IMG/VR virus record: IMGVR_UViG_2778261504_000003
Span: 1-24,148 of that record
From: a virus
Taxonomy: Duplodnaviria; Heunggongvirae; Uroviricota; Caudoviricetes
Direction: 5' to 3' (one strand)
Length of the DNA: 24,148 nt
Shown here: in pieces, positions 7,051 to 15,271 of the stretch
Layout of the letters: each line of letters opens with the position of its first letter
Position numbering within the stretch: position 1 is the stretch's first letter
The notes under the pieces: generated by a model
What the model saw: the letters and a program-made list of their open reading frames with translations, nothing else
Databases searched by the model: none
What the model was told of the DNA's origin: nothing
Translations under genes and position numbers: made by a program

Positions 7051-7078
7051 AGGAGGCCGCCCGAAAGGGCGGTAATAA
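7051..7078 (+). promoter_or_regulatory. Shine-Dalgarno, GNRA-capped hairpin, start codon arrangement upstream of the 7079 ORF
   Basis: AGGAGG (7051-7056) followed directly by hairpin CCGCCC-GAAA-GGGCGG (7057-7072), then TAATAA and ATG 7079. Confidence 0.4.
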
Positions 7079-7297
7079 ATGACTGCATTATTCAGAAAAG
7101 AATATCCGCGAAAGAGTAGAACAACAGAATTTCTGTTTCTCATTCTGTTTATCGTGTTGATGATACCGATAAACCTGCTGTTTCTGGTTTGGATAATCGG
7201 AAAAATATTTGAGCCGATTGTTGAACTGTATATCGATATGGTATGGGAACCATTCAGGGCGCTACACAACAAAATTAATCCATATAAGGAAAACTGA
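7079..7297 (+). CDS. Hypothetical small membrane protein (72 aa)
   Basis: Hydrophobic core FLFLILFIVLMIPINLLFLVWIIG. Start context as in the preceding feature. Confidence 0.45.
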   Translation: MTALFRKEYPRKSRTTEFLFLILFIVLMIPINLLFLVWIIGKIFEPIVELYIDMVWEPFRALHNKINPYKEN

Positions 7298-7298
7298 A

Positions 7299-8231
7299 AT
7301 GACTGAATTAACCAAAGAACAATTAATCGAAGAAGCGAAATTAAAAATAGCGATTGCGAAATGCCACCCCAATTCAGAGATGGCGCGGGTAGAGGGCGAG
7401 TTATTCAAAATTGCACTGGCATCGCTGGTAGCTGAACCGCTGGTGCCCGTCATGTATAAAGGAATGAAACTGTTAACAAAAGAGGGGCTTGAACTTATTC
7501 GTGACGGTATAGCTGAGGCTACAGGACTGGAAGCAATGTGTATGGCCAAGGCTTTACTGTCTGCGCCGTCAGTTCCGGTTGTGCCGGATAATGTATCAGG
7601 GTCTCTTGCTTATGCTTACAAAGAGCTTACGCCTGAGATTATGCGCGGTCATATCGCTGTATTCGAGCGATATGGAATAGCCCCAAACGATAGCTCTACC
7701 ACAATTCAGGCACTGCGAATCGCGCTGGATGGTATAGAGCGGAGTGCCGCCATGCTTCAGAGTCAGGGGGAAGGCAACCCTCATGTAACCCCGACTCGCC
7801 TGCCTGGTGGTTTCACCATTGAGGATGCGAAGGCGTTACATGAAGACTTGGTACGCAGCCACATAAGCCAGGCTTTAAGTGGCGAGAAGATGAAAAAGAA
7901 AGATCGCGATGCTGATTTGCGCTGGATTCATGGCGTTATAGTTCAGGCAGCGTGGTTTGTAAAAGCATCACTGGAGCAGAATGCGCTATCGGGTACCCCT
8001 CCGGTAACTCCGGCTGGCTGGATAAGCTGTAGTGATGCAGTTCCTGCTGAATATTGCGATGTGATTCTTCTCGATGATCTCGGTAATGTATTCCCCGGTT
8101 CTTGGGATAAGGTTTTTTGCCCCACTTGTGGCGGGAATAAGATGGCTTTTGTGGACAAAGACGGCGTCGAAGTAGAGAGCTCAACTCACTGGATGCCGCT
8201 ACCGGAACCACCGCAGGAGGTGAACGGATGA
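7299..8231 (+). CDS. Phage protein with a C-terminal DUF551-like domain
   Basis: ATG 7299 with AAGGAAAA upstream. C-terminus ...KVFCPTCGGNKMAFVDKDGVEVESSTHWMPLPEPP resembles the DUF551 signature as I remember it. Confidence 0.6.
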   Translation: MTELTKEQLIEEAKLKIAIAKCHPNSEMARVEGELFKIALASLVAEPLVPVMYKGMKLLTKEGLELIRDGIAEATGLEAMCMAKALLSAPSVPVVPDNVSGSLAYAYKELTPEIMRGHIAVFERYGIAPNDSSTTIQALRIALDGIERSAAMLQSQGEGNPHVTPTRLPGGFTIEDAKALHEDLVRSHISQALSGEKMKKKDRDADLRWIHGVIVQAAWFVKASLEQNALSGTPPVTPAGWISCSDAVPAEYCDVILLDDLGNVFPGSWDKVFCPTCGGNKMAFVDKDGVEVESSTHWMPLPEPPQEVNG

Positions 8232-8623
8232 AAAATGAAGTCGACAATGTTATCACTCTGGTACAGCCAAAATCAGAGGAGGAAGGACTCCTCAACGTTG
8301 TGATAACCGACGAAAAAAGTGTCGAGCAAAAATGCTGTCAGCATATCCGTACAACAATTTCAGAAGTGAATCGTACGATTACCTGCAAACGGTGTGGATT
8401 GGCTTTAGATCCGTTCGAACTTGTTCTCGACCGTGCGAGAAACGGTGAAAACATAGTGTCTGAGATTAAATCACTCTATGCAAAGCGGGATGCTCTTCGT
8501 GAAGCTGTGGCAAAACTTGAACGTGAAGAGAAAAATGCCAAAGCCCGGTTACGAGCAGCCAGGACAGCAATACTGTATGCGGAAAATGACCTTAAAAATA
8601 TTGAGCAGGAGGTGAATCGATGA
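8228..8623 (+). CDS. Hypothetical protein, Cys-pair plus C-terminal coiled-coil (131 aa)
   Basis: AGGAGG upstream; ATG overlaps the previous stop. CCQH ... CKRCG pairs; C-terminal KRDALREAVAKLEREEKNAKARLRAA heptads. Confidence 0.55.
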   Translation: MKNEVDNVITLVQPKSEEEGLLNVVITDEKSVEQKCCQHIRTTISEVNRTITCKRCGLALDPFELVLDRARNGENIVSEIKSLYAKRDALREAVAKLEREEKNAKARLRAARTAILYAENDLKNIEQEVNR

Positions 8624-8703
8624 CCTGGCCTGAAGCATTCACAACGGTAGGAATTGCGATGGCGGTGGCGCTGGTGGTGTATTCGATTTGCCGCTGGGGA
8701 TAA
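8620..8703 (+). CDS. Possible small hydrophobic peptide (27 aa), last gene before the terminator
   Basis: ATG overlaps the upstream stop (ATGA), AGGAGG 7 nt upstream. MTWPEAFTTVGIAMAVALVVYSICRWG has a single TM-like segment. Below the ORF-track size cut-off. Confidence 0.3.
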   Translation: MTWPEAFTTVGIAMAVALVVYSICRWG

Positions 8704-8708
8704 CAAAC

Positions 8709-8739
8709 AAAAACCCCGGATTGATGGTCCGGGGTTTTG
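8709..8739. terminator. Bidirectional intrinsic terminator separating the rightward early genes from the convergent toxin-antitoxin operon
   Basis: A-run, CCCCGGA, loop TTGATGG, TCCGGGG, then TTTT. U-tract available on both strands. Confidence 0.65.
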
Positions 8740-8759
8740 CTATTCATGGTGAATTTTTA

Positions 8760-9077
8760 TTAACAGATTGACTGAATTCCGTTTTTCTCAACCACAGAAA
8801 GCAAACGAAGGGCAGGGCCACCAGGGCGCTTTATTCCCCTTTCCCAGTCTGAAATGAGGTTTTTACTGACATTAAGATATCTGGCGAAAACAGGTTGAGA
8901 CAGATGCTCGCGCTCGCGAAGTGCCCGGATTCTTTCTGGCGACATTGTTGGCGCTGGTTGCAGACAGAGTTCATCAAACTCTCTCATAGTTTGTTTTGTA
9001 ACTGCGCCAATATCCTGAAGTGACTCCATCATTTCATGTACGGATGCAAGTGCATCACTGCGGTAATTTTTACTCAT
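8760..9077 (-). CDS. Type II antitoxin, XRE/HigA-like HTH DNA-binding protein (105 aa)
   Basis: C-terminal HTH SPERIRALREREHLSQPVFARYLNVSKNLISDWERGIKRP. Overlaps the 3' end of the upstream toxin gene by 8 nt. Confidence 0.75.
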   Translation of the reverse strand: MSKNYRSDALASVHEMMESLQDIGAVTKQTMREFDELCLQPAPTMSPERIRALREREHLSQPVFARYLNVSKNLISDWERGIKRPGGPALRLLSVVEKNGIQSIC

Positions 9078-9441
9078 TGGGTACCTCCGTAAACTGACCT
9101 TGCAGGATCAATTGCGCCAGTTGTTCATCAGTAAGATTGAGAACGTGATGCGCAGCTTTTCGAAATGCGTTTTCCTCGATGGCTGTAATATTTTCTCTCT
9201 CATTCTTTGCGTACGCATAGATGAAAAAAGCCTTTTCTGCGACGCGGTAAAAAATTATTGTCCTATAACCGCCTGATTTACCGCCACCTCTTCGGGCTAA
9301 TCGCTGCTTAATGACACCACTACCCAAATCTGCGGATATGAGTCCCTTATCAGCTAGTTCCACGACTTCTCGCAGAGCTTTATCGGAAATCCGATTTTTT
9401 CGTGCGAAGCGTTCAAACCAGGCATTTTTGAAAATGCGCAT
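9070..9441 (-). CDS. Type II toxin, RelE/ParE superfamily (HigB-like gene order, toxin first)
   Basis: Internal Met of track ORF 9070..9585 gives MRIFKNAWFERFARKNRISDKALREVVELADKGLISADLGSGVIKQRLARRGGGKSGGYRTIIFYRVAEKAFFIYAYAKNERENI..., typical of RelE/ParE-fold killer proteins paired with an HTH antidote. Alternative start 4 codons upstream. Confidence 0.75.
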   Translation of the reverse strand: MRIFKNAWFERFARKNRISDKALREVVELADKGLISADLGSGVIKQRLARRGGGKSGGYRTIIFYRVAEKAFFIYAYAKNERENITAIEENAFRKAAHHVLNLTDEQLAQLILQGQFTEVPNE

Positions 9442-9682
9442 GTTTGGTTCCATACCGTTGTGTAATACATAGTGTGACACAATTAAATAGGGCAGGCAAT
9501 ATCCATACAGAGGACTTGCTAAGGAATGGCGGCTCAAAAAACACTCTATTTTTAGAGTATACAAATGACAGAAAGAAAAAGTCATTGTTTTTTCTCATGA
9601 AATACGCATTTTTTGGGAGTGAAATCGTTATTTGTAGTGGATATATTCCAGCCATGTTTTATCCAATACCAGAGGTTTTACA

Positions 9683-9895
9683 ATGCAGAAGTTGATCGCC
9701 GCGAATTGTAAGTACGCAGTTATTCGTTGTGACGATATGTCGGTTGTAGCTGAAATGGATTGTTTTCCGGATGGAGCCAGAGCTGTATGGCATCGAAAAG
9801 GGAACATGCTTAGGGTAAGAGCTTTGCGGGCTGATGAGCGAATTGTATCGAAAACAGTGCTCAGGGAGATCGTGTATCAGTTTATGCGGACTTGA
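9683..9895 (+). CDS. Hypothetical protein (70 aa)
   Basis: ATG with AGAGG about 8 nt upstream; first plus-strand gene after the TA promoter region. Overlapped by an antisense ORF (9659..9925), so one of the two is spurious. Confidence 0.35.
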   Translation: MQKLIAANCKYAVIRCDDMSVVAEMDCFPDGARAVWHRKGNMLRVRALRADERIVSKTVLREIVYQFMRT

Positions 9896-9980
9896 ACAAG
9901 TTGTATGTATCAACAATAATGCCACCCAAAATGGCTGAACACCATTTTACCTGACAAAGATGCGCCAGCAGAGAAAACAG

Positions 9981-10259
9981 ATGGCGCACAAGACCAAATT
10001 ACACAATTCTGATAATTCAGCCGTCTTTGCCAGCAGGCACGGGCGGCGTTCTCACACATTCAAATATGACTGGTTCCAGCATGACCCCTGCACTGAAGAA
10101 CAGGCCGAATGGCTGATTCAGAACTACCGCAGACGTGGGTATGAGTTTGAGAAAGACCTCAGCCTTGACCGTCGCCACTGGATAATCTCCGTCAGGCTCC
10201 CTTATTCCGAACGTCCGCCGCGTCCGTCCCGCACATTCCAGCAACGCATCTGGAGGTAA
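9981..10259 (+). CDS. Hypothetical basic protein immediately upstream of DUF968
   Basis: Internal ATG of track ORF 9960..10259. Arg-rich; its last codons carry the GGAGG used by the downstream gene. No recognisable family. Confidence 0.4.
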   Translation: MAHKTKLHNSDNSAVFASRHGRRSHTFKYDWFQHDPCTEEQAEWLIQNYRRRGYEFEKDLSLDRRHWIISVRLPYSERPPRPSRTFQQRIWR

Positions 10260-10260
10260 C

Positions 10261-11319
10261 GTGCGGGTATTACTTCGACCTGTTCCGGTACCGGAACTCG
10301 GGCTGGTGGTCCTTAAGCCTGGTCGTGAATCCATGCAGGTATTTCATAACCCTCGAGTGCTGGTGGAGCCGGAACCGAAAAGCATGCGCGGTCTGCCGTC
10401 CGGGGTCGTTCCTGCCGTTCGCCAGCCGGTGGCGGAGGATAAATCATTACTGCCATTTTTCAGCGACGAACGAGTGATTCGTGCTGCTGGTGGCGCTGGC
10501 GCATTGTCTGACTGGTTACTGCGCCATGTTAAATCCTGCCAGTGGCCACACGGCGATTATCACCACAGTGAAACCGTCATTCACCGTTATGGTACCGGCG
10601 CAATGGTGTTGTGCTGGCACTGCGACAACCAGCTGCGTGACCAGACATCCGAATCACTCGAGCAACTTGCTCATCAAAACCTGTCAGCATGGATGATTGA
10701 CGTCATCGGTCACGCAATAAGCGGTACGCAGGAGCGTGAATTATCTCTGGCTGAATTATCCTGGTGGGCTGTCCGCAATCAGGTGGCGGACGCGCTACCG
10801 GAAGCGGTATTACGTCGTTCGCTGGGGTTGCGTGCGGAAAAAATCCGCTCAATGTACCGTGAAAGCGACATCGTACCGGGAGAGCAGACCGCTACCAGCA
10901 TACTGAAGCAGCGCACAAAAAATCTTGCGCCGTTGCTTCACACCCACCAGCCACAGAACCCAGCACAGGAAAAGACGGTGGTCAGTATTGCCGTTGATCC
11001 GGAGTCACCGGCTCAGTATATCCAGCGCCAGAAACCACAACGGGAAGAGATGCCTGTATACACGCGCTGGGTAAAAACGCAGAAATGCATGACGTGCGGT
11101 AATCAGGCAGATGATCCGCATCACATCATTGGTCATGGACTGGGAGGGATGGGAACAAAGGCGGATGATTTGTTTGTTATTCCGCTGTGCCGTAAATGTC
11201 ATAACGAACTGCACGCCGGGGTAAAAGATTTTGAAGAAAAACACGGCAGCCAGCTGTTGTTGCTGATTCGTTTTTTAATGCACGCGAGAAATTCGGGTGT
11301 CCTGAAGTGGAAAGCATGA
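10261..11319 (+). CDS. DUF968-family protein (YdfU-like) with C-terminal HNH-like Cys/His motif
   Basis: GTG 10261 preceded by GGAGG with a 4-nt spacer. C-terminus CMTCGN...HHIIGHGLGGMGTKADDLFVIPLCRKCHNELH. Position upstream of rusA and Q as in Qin. Confidence 0.75.
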   Translation: MRVLLRPVPVPELGLVVLKPGRESMQVFHNPRVLVEPEPKSMRGLPSGVVPAVRQPVAEDKSLLPFFSDERVIRAAGGAGALSDWLLRHVKSCQWPHGDYHHSETVIHRYGTGAMVLCWHCDNQLRDQTSESLEQLAHQNLSAWMIDVIGHAISGTQERELSLAELSWWAVRNQVADALPEAVLRRSLGLRAEKIRSMYRESDIVPGEQTATSILKQRTKNLAPLLHTHQPQNPAQEKTVVSIAVDPESPAQYIQRQKPQREEMPVYTRWVKTQKCMTCGNQADDPHHIIGHGLGGMGTKADDLFVIPLCRKCHNELHAGVKDFEEKHGSQLLLLIRFLMHARNSGVLKWKA

Positions 11320-11685
11320 ATGACTGAACGCATAGAATTTGTTTTGCCTTACCCGCCGACGGTGAACACCTACTGGCGACGTCGTGGCAGCACATATTTT
11401 GTATCAAAAGCCGGTGAGCGTTATCGCCGGGATGTGGCACTTATTGTTCGCCAGCAGCGGCTGAAATTAAACCTGTCCGGAAGGCTGGCAATAAAGATTA
11501 TTGCAGAGCCACCGGATAAGCGCCGTCGGGACCTGGACAATATTCTGAAAGCACCGCTGGATGCGCTGACGCATGCGGGACTGCTTATCGACGACGAGCA
11601 GTTTGATGAAATCAATATTGTGCGCGGTTTGCCTGTTCCTGGTGGGCGGCTGGGCGTGAAGATTTACAAAATTGAAAGTGAGTGA
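11320..11685 (+). CDS. rusA: Holliday junction resolvase RusA
   Basis: MTERIEFVLPYPPTVNTYWRRRG...DKRRRDLDNILKAPLDALTHAGLLIDDEQ... matches RusA, including the catalytic RRRDLDN motif and size (121 aa). ATG overlaps the upstream stop. Confidence 0.9.
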   Translation: MTERIEFVLPYPPTVNTYWRRRGSTYFVSKAGERYRRDVALIVRQQRLKLNLSGRLAIKIIAEPPDKRRRDLDNILKAPLDALTHAGLLIDDEQFDEINIVRGLPVPGGRLGVKIYKIESE

Positions 11686-11693
11686 GCGTAAAT

Positions 11694-12248
11694 ATGATAT
11701 ACCCGGAAATTACAGGCAAAAGCGGTGAGCATTTACGCCTGAAAACGCTGGAAAGTGTCTGGCTCCAGGGGAAACTGCGTATGTGGGGGCGTTGGTCGTA
11801 TATTGGCGGCGGTAAGACGGGAAATATGTTCAACCAATTACTGACCTCTAAAAAGCTGACGAAAACGGCAATTAACGAGGCGCTCCGGAGGATGAAAAAA
11901 GCGGGTCTGGACAAACCTGAACTTGAGGCTTTTTTGCGGGATATGATCAACGGCAATCAAAAAAGCTGGCTGGCACATTGTACCGATTCAGAGGCGTTAA
12001 TAATCGACAGGGTTATTGGTGAAGCCCTGGCAGGTTATCCCGGGCTGCTCAATGTCCTGAGTCAGCGTTATGTGGGGCGGGGGATGACTAAGCGCAAAAT
12101 GGCTGAACTGCTGAATGATGCACACCCGGAATGGAGTTTAAGAACCTGTGAAAGACGCATTGAGCATTGGCTAAAGGTGGCAGAATTTATTTTGTACAAA
12201 CCAATGGTTATGGCTTTTGGTATAGAGAAAAAAGTTATTGCTTTTTGA
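11694..12248 (+). CDS. Late-gene antiterminator Q-like protein
   Basis: Position between rusA and the terminator/late region; size about 184 aa. Start at ATG 11694 preferred over GTG 11682. Family assigned by position and general similarity only. Confidence 0.7.
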   Translation: MIYPEITGKSGEHLRLKTLESVWLQGKLRMWGRWSYIGGGKTGNMFNQLLTSKKLTKTAINEALRRMKKAGLDKPELEAFLRDMINGNQKSWLAHCTDSEALIIDRVIGEALAGYPGLLNVLSQRYVGRGMTKRKMAELLNDAHPEWSLRTCERRIEHWLKVAEFILYKPMVMAFGIEKKVIAF

Positions 12249-12325
12249 CGTAAAAACTGCTTCAATTCCGGTACGCTTCGCAAAGCTGTACCGCGAGGCG
12301 AATAGCAGACATGGACATTTGAAAG

Positions 12326-12349
12326 AGCCCGCTTTTTGCGGGTTTTTTT
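12326..12349 (+). terminator. Intrinsic terminator downstream of Q (tR'-like)
   Basis: CCCGC, TTTTT loop, GCGGG, followed by 7 T. Confidence 0.65.
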
Positions 12350-12472
12350 ATGCCTGAAAAACGGTACAGGACGTTAAACGCGCTGATGGTTGCGAATACC
12401 GGTCTTTCAGCTTGCTGGCTTTTTCGACAAGAGTTATTGGTATGTCACGTTAACCGGAAAAGGGAAAAAGAC

Positions 12473-12670
12473 ATGCTAAAACAGCAGGATATGACCGAAA
12501 CCGCCAGAGTGGTGTTTAATGAATTAAGCGTCACCGAACCGGCGACCGTCGGGGAAATTGCGCAGAATACTTACCTTTCACGCGAACGCTGCCAGTTAAT
12601 ACTGACCCAGCTTGTTATGGCGGGTCTGGCAGATTATCAGTTCGGTTGTTACAGACGCCTTCCGCAGTGA
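12473..12670 (+). CDS. Hypothetical small protein (65 aa), possible wHTH
   Basis: Internal ATG 12473 with GA-rich RBS (AAAGGGAAAAAG) in track ORF 12350..12670. The upstream part of that ORF runs through the terminator U-tract, so the shorter start is preferred. Confidence 0.4.
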   Translation: MLKQQDMTETARVVFNELSVTEPATVGEIAQNTYLSRERCQLILTQLVMAGLADYQFGCYRRLPQ

Positions 12671-12820
12671 AGGCTTTTTAATTTGTGGTAATGGGCGGCT
12701 GGTGGGTGTTAGCGGCACCTATCAGCCATCTGCTCATGCGTTGGGGTCACAAGCAAACCTCTGGCCCATCTGCTTTGCGCAAAAGCGGTATGAGCCTATC
12801 AGAGAAGTGCTTATTGATCT

Positions 12821-13873
12821 ATGGTTAATACTGTAAAAATATCCAGTTGTGAGTTAATCAACGCTGATTGCCTGGAATTTATCCAGACCTTACCGGAAAA
12901 CTCTGTCGATCTGATAGTCACAGACCCGCCATACTTTAAAGTGAAGCCCGAGGGCTGGGATAACCAGTGGAAGGGCGACGATGATTACCTGAAATGGCTG
13001 GATCAGTGTCTGGCGCAATTCTGGCGGGTACTGAAACCTGCCGGAAGTCTCTACCTGTTCTGTGGTCATCGCCTGGCATCTGACACCGAAATCATGATGC
13101 GTGAACGCTTTAATGTGCTGAATCACATTATCTGGGCGAAACCGTCCGGGCGCTGGAACGGGTGTAACAAGGAAAGCCTGCGGGCGTATTTCCCGGCAAC
13201 AGAACGCATTCTGTTTGCTGAACATTATCAGGGACCATATCAGCCCAAAAGTGACGGCTATGCGGCAAAAGAAAGGGAACTCAAACAGCACATAATGGCA
13301 CCGCTGATATCGTATTTCAGGGATGCTCGTGCCGAACTGGGTATAACGGCAAAACAAATTGCCGAAGCCACAGGTAAGAAAAATATGGTTTCCCACTGGT
13401 TTGGTGCCAGTCAGTGGCAGTTGCCGAATGAGGCTGACTATCGGAAGTTACAGGCACTGTTTTCCCGTATAGCGGCAGAGAAGTTTCAGGAACAACAACT
13501 GGAACAACCACACCACCAGCTGGTGGCATCTTATGATTCACTGAATCGCAAATATTCTGAATTGCTGGATGAGTTTAAATCTCTCCGGCGCTATTTCTCC
13601 GTATCAGTCTCCGTGCCTTATACCGATGTCTGGACGCATAAGCCCGTTCAGTTCTACCCGGGTAAACATCCGTGCGAGAAACCGGCGGATATGCTCCGGC
13701 AAATAATCAATGCCAGTAGTCGACCTGGTGATCTGGTTGCTGATTTCTTTATGGGATCCGGTTCCACAATAAAAGCAGCAATGGCGCTGGGGCGTCGGGC
13801 GTTAGGTGTTGAACTTGAGTCAGAGCGGTTTAATCAGACGGCGAAAGAGGTAAGTGAACTGGTGGGGAAATAA
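12821..13873 (+). CDS. DNA methyltransferase, N6-adenine/N4-cytosine amino-MTase family (motif IV before motif I)
   Basis: DPPY motif near the N-terminus (LIVTDPPYF) and AdoMet-binding FxGxG motif near the C-terminus (DFFMGSGSTIKAA). Located between Q and the lysis cassette, where lambdoid phages commonly carry a methylase. Confidence 0.85.
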   Translation: MVNTVKISSCELINADCLEFIQTLPENSVDLIVTDPPYFKVKPEGWDNQWKGDDDYLKWLDQCLAQFWRVLKPAGSLYLFCGHRLASDTEIMMRERFNVLNHIIWAKPSGRWNGCNKESLRAYFPATERILFAEHYQGPYQPKSDGYAAKERELKQHIMAPLISYFRDARAELGITAKQIAEATGKKNMVSHWFGASQWQLPNEADYRKLQALFSRIAAEKFQEQQLEQPHHQLVASYDSLNRKYSELLDEFKSLRRYFSVSVSVPYTDVWTHKPVQFYPGKHPCEKPADMLRQIINASSRPGDLVADFFMGSGSTIKAAMALGRRALGVELESERFNQTAKEVSELVGK

Positions 13874-13880
13874 TTCTGGT

Positions 13881-13906
13881 GGCCACGTTGCGTGGCCTTT
13901 TTATTT
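13881..13906 (+). terminator. Intrinsic terminator between the methyltransferase and the holin
   Basis: GGCCACG, TTG, CGTGGCC, followed by TTTTTATTT. Confidence 0.6.
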
Positions 13907-13949
13907 CCAACACAGCACCCGCAAATATCGCGAGGTGAGAGATGACGAA

Positions 13950-14285
13950 ATGCCTCATAACCCAAATACCTGGCCGGACTGGCTGGAGTTGTTTCAGAGC
14001 TGGTGGCGTGGAGACACACCGCTGGGTGCAGTGATTATGTCGATCGTTATGGCTGGTTTGCGCATCGCCTATTTTGGCGGTGGTGGTGGCTGGAAGCGAA
14101 AAACGCTCGAGATTTTGCTCTGTGGCGCTCTGACGCTGACCTTTGCATCCGCTCTTGAGTATGTCGGATGGCCTAAATCACTTTCTGTTGCTATTGGTGG
14201 CGGCGTGGGGCTGATCGGTGTCGATGCTATTCGTGGGGCTGCAATGCGAGTAATCGGTAACAAGTTTGGTGGCTCTAAGGAGTAA
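13950..14285 (+). CDS. Holin (three predicted TM segments, class I-like)
   Basis: Immediately upstream of endolysin R. Three hydrophobic stretches (LGAVIMSIVMAGLRIAYF, TLEILLCGALTLTFASAL, LSVAIGGGVGLIGVDAI) and a charged C-terminus. Start at ATG 13950, because the longer track ORF would read through the terminator. Confidence 0.8.
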   Translation: MPHNPNTWPDWLELFQSWWRGDTPLGAVIMSIVMAGLRIAYFGGGGGWKRKTLEILLCGALTLTFASALEYVGWPKSLSVAIGGGVGLIGVDAIRGAAMRVIGNKFGGSKE

Positions 14286-14288
14286 TTT

Positions 14289-14765
14289 ATGCAGGTACTA
14301 AATTCCCAGCGTAAAGCTTTCCTCGATATGTTGGCGTGGTCAGAAGGAACGGATAACGGGCGACAGCCAACCCGCAATCACGGCTACGACGTTATTGTAG
14401 GTGGTGAGCTATTCACGGATTACTCCGATCATCCTCGCAAACTTGTCACGCTAAACCCGCAACTTAAATCAACCGCAGCTGGACGTTACCAGCTTCTTTC
14501 CCGTTGGTGGGATGCCTACCGCAAGCAGCTTGGCCTGAAAGACTTCTCTCCGAAAAGCCAGGACGCTGTTGCACTGCAGCAGATTAAAGAGCGTGGCGCT
14601 TTACCAATGATTGATCGCGGTGATATTCGTCAGGCTATCGACCGTTGCAGCAATATCTGGGCTTCACTGCCGGGCGCTGGTTATGGTCAGTTCGAGCATA
14701 AAGTTGGCAGCCTGATTGCAAAATTCAAAGAAGCAGGCGGAACGGTCAGAGAGATTGAGGTATGA
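14289..14765 (+). CDS. R: Endolysin R (lambda-type lytic transglycosylase)
   Basis: Near-identical to remembered lambda R over almost its whole length ([50 protein letters not shown]...). Confidence 0.92.
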   Translation: MQVLNSQRKAFLDMLAWSEGTDNGRQPTRNHGYDVIVGGELFTDYSDHPRKLVTLNPQLKSTAAGRYQLLSRWWDAYRKQLGLKDFSPKSQDAVALQQIKERGALPMIDRGDIRQAIDRCSNIWASLPGAGYGQFEHKVGSLIAKFKEAGGTVREIEV

Positions 14766-15229
14766 GCAGAGTAACCGCGATTATCTCCGCTCTGGTTATC
14801 TGCATCATCGTCTGCCTGTCATGGGCGGTTAATCATTACCGTGATCACGCCATCGCCTACAAAGAACAGCGTGATAAAAAAGTCGGTGAGCTGAAGCAGG
14901 TGATCGCCACCATCGCTGACATGCAGCAGCGTCAGCGTGATGTTGCTGCGCTCGATGCAAAGTACTCGAGAGAATTAGCTAATGCGAAAGCTGAAAATGA
15001 AACTCTGCGCGCTGATGTTGCCGCTGGTCGTAAGCGCCTGCGGGTCAATGCCAGTTGCTCCGCAGCCGTGCGTGAAGCCACCGGACCCACCAGCGTGGAT
15101 AATGCAACCAGCCCCCGACTGGCAGACACCGCTGAACGGGATTATTTCACCCTCAGAGAGCGGCTGATGACGATGCAGATGCAACTGGAAGGGGCACAGG
15201 AGTATATCCGCACTCAGTGCATTAAGTAG
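14762..15229 (+). CDS. Rz: Spanin inner-membrane subunit Rz
   Basis: [28 protein letters not shown]... and C-terminal [19 protein letters not shown] closely match lambda Rz. ATG overlaps the R stop. Confidence 0.9.
   Translation: MSRVTAIISALVICIIVCLSWAVNHYRDHAIAYKEQRDKKVGELKQVIATIADMQQRQRDVAALDAKYSRELANAKAENETLRADVAAGRKRLRVNASCSAAVREATGPTSVDNATSPRLADTAERDYFTLRERLMTMQMQLEGAQEYIRTQCIK
14982..15167 (+). CDS. Rz1: Spanin outer-membrane lipoprotein Rz1, embedded in the +1 frame of Rz
   Basis: [22 protein letters not shown]...[30 protein letters not shown] matches lambda Rz1, including a lipobox-like LVVSAC and a Pro-rich body. Confidence 0.85.
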   Translation: MRKLKMKLCALMLPLVVSACGSMPVAPQPCVKPPDPPAWIMQPAPDWQTPLNGIISPSESG

Positions 15230-15271
15230 CCTTTTTATCGTGGTAAACATTTCGCAGGGTATGAGGTATTT

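Noticed and set aside
12890-13541. Minus-strand ORFs inside the methyltransferase gene (168 aa and 74 aa)
   Set aside because: They are antisense to a gene with clear catalytic motifs, and have no RBS.
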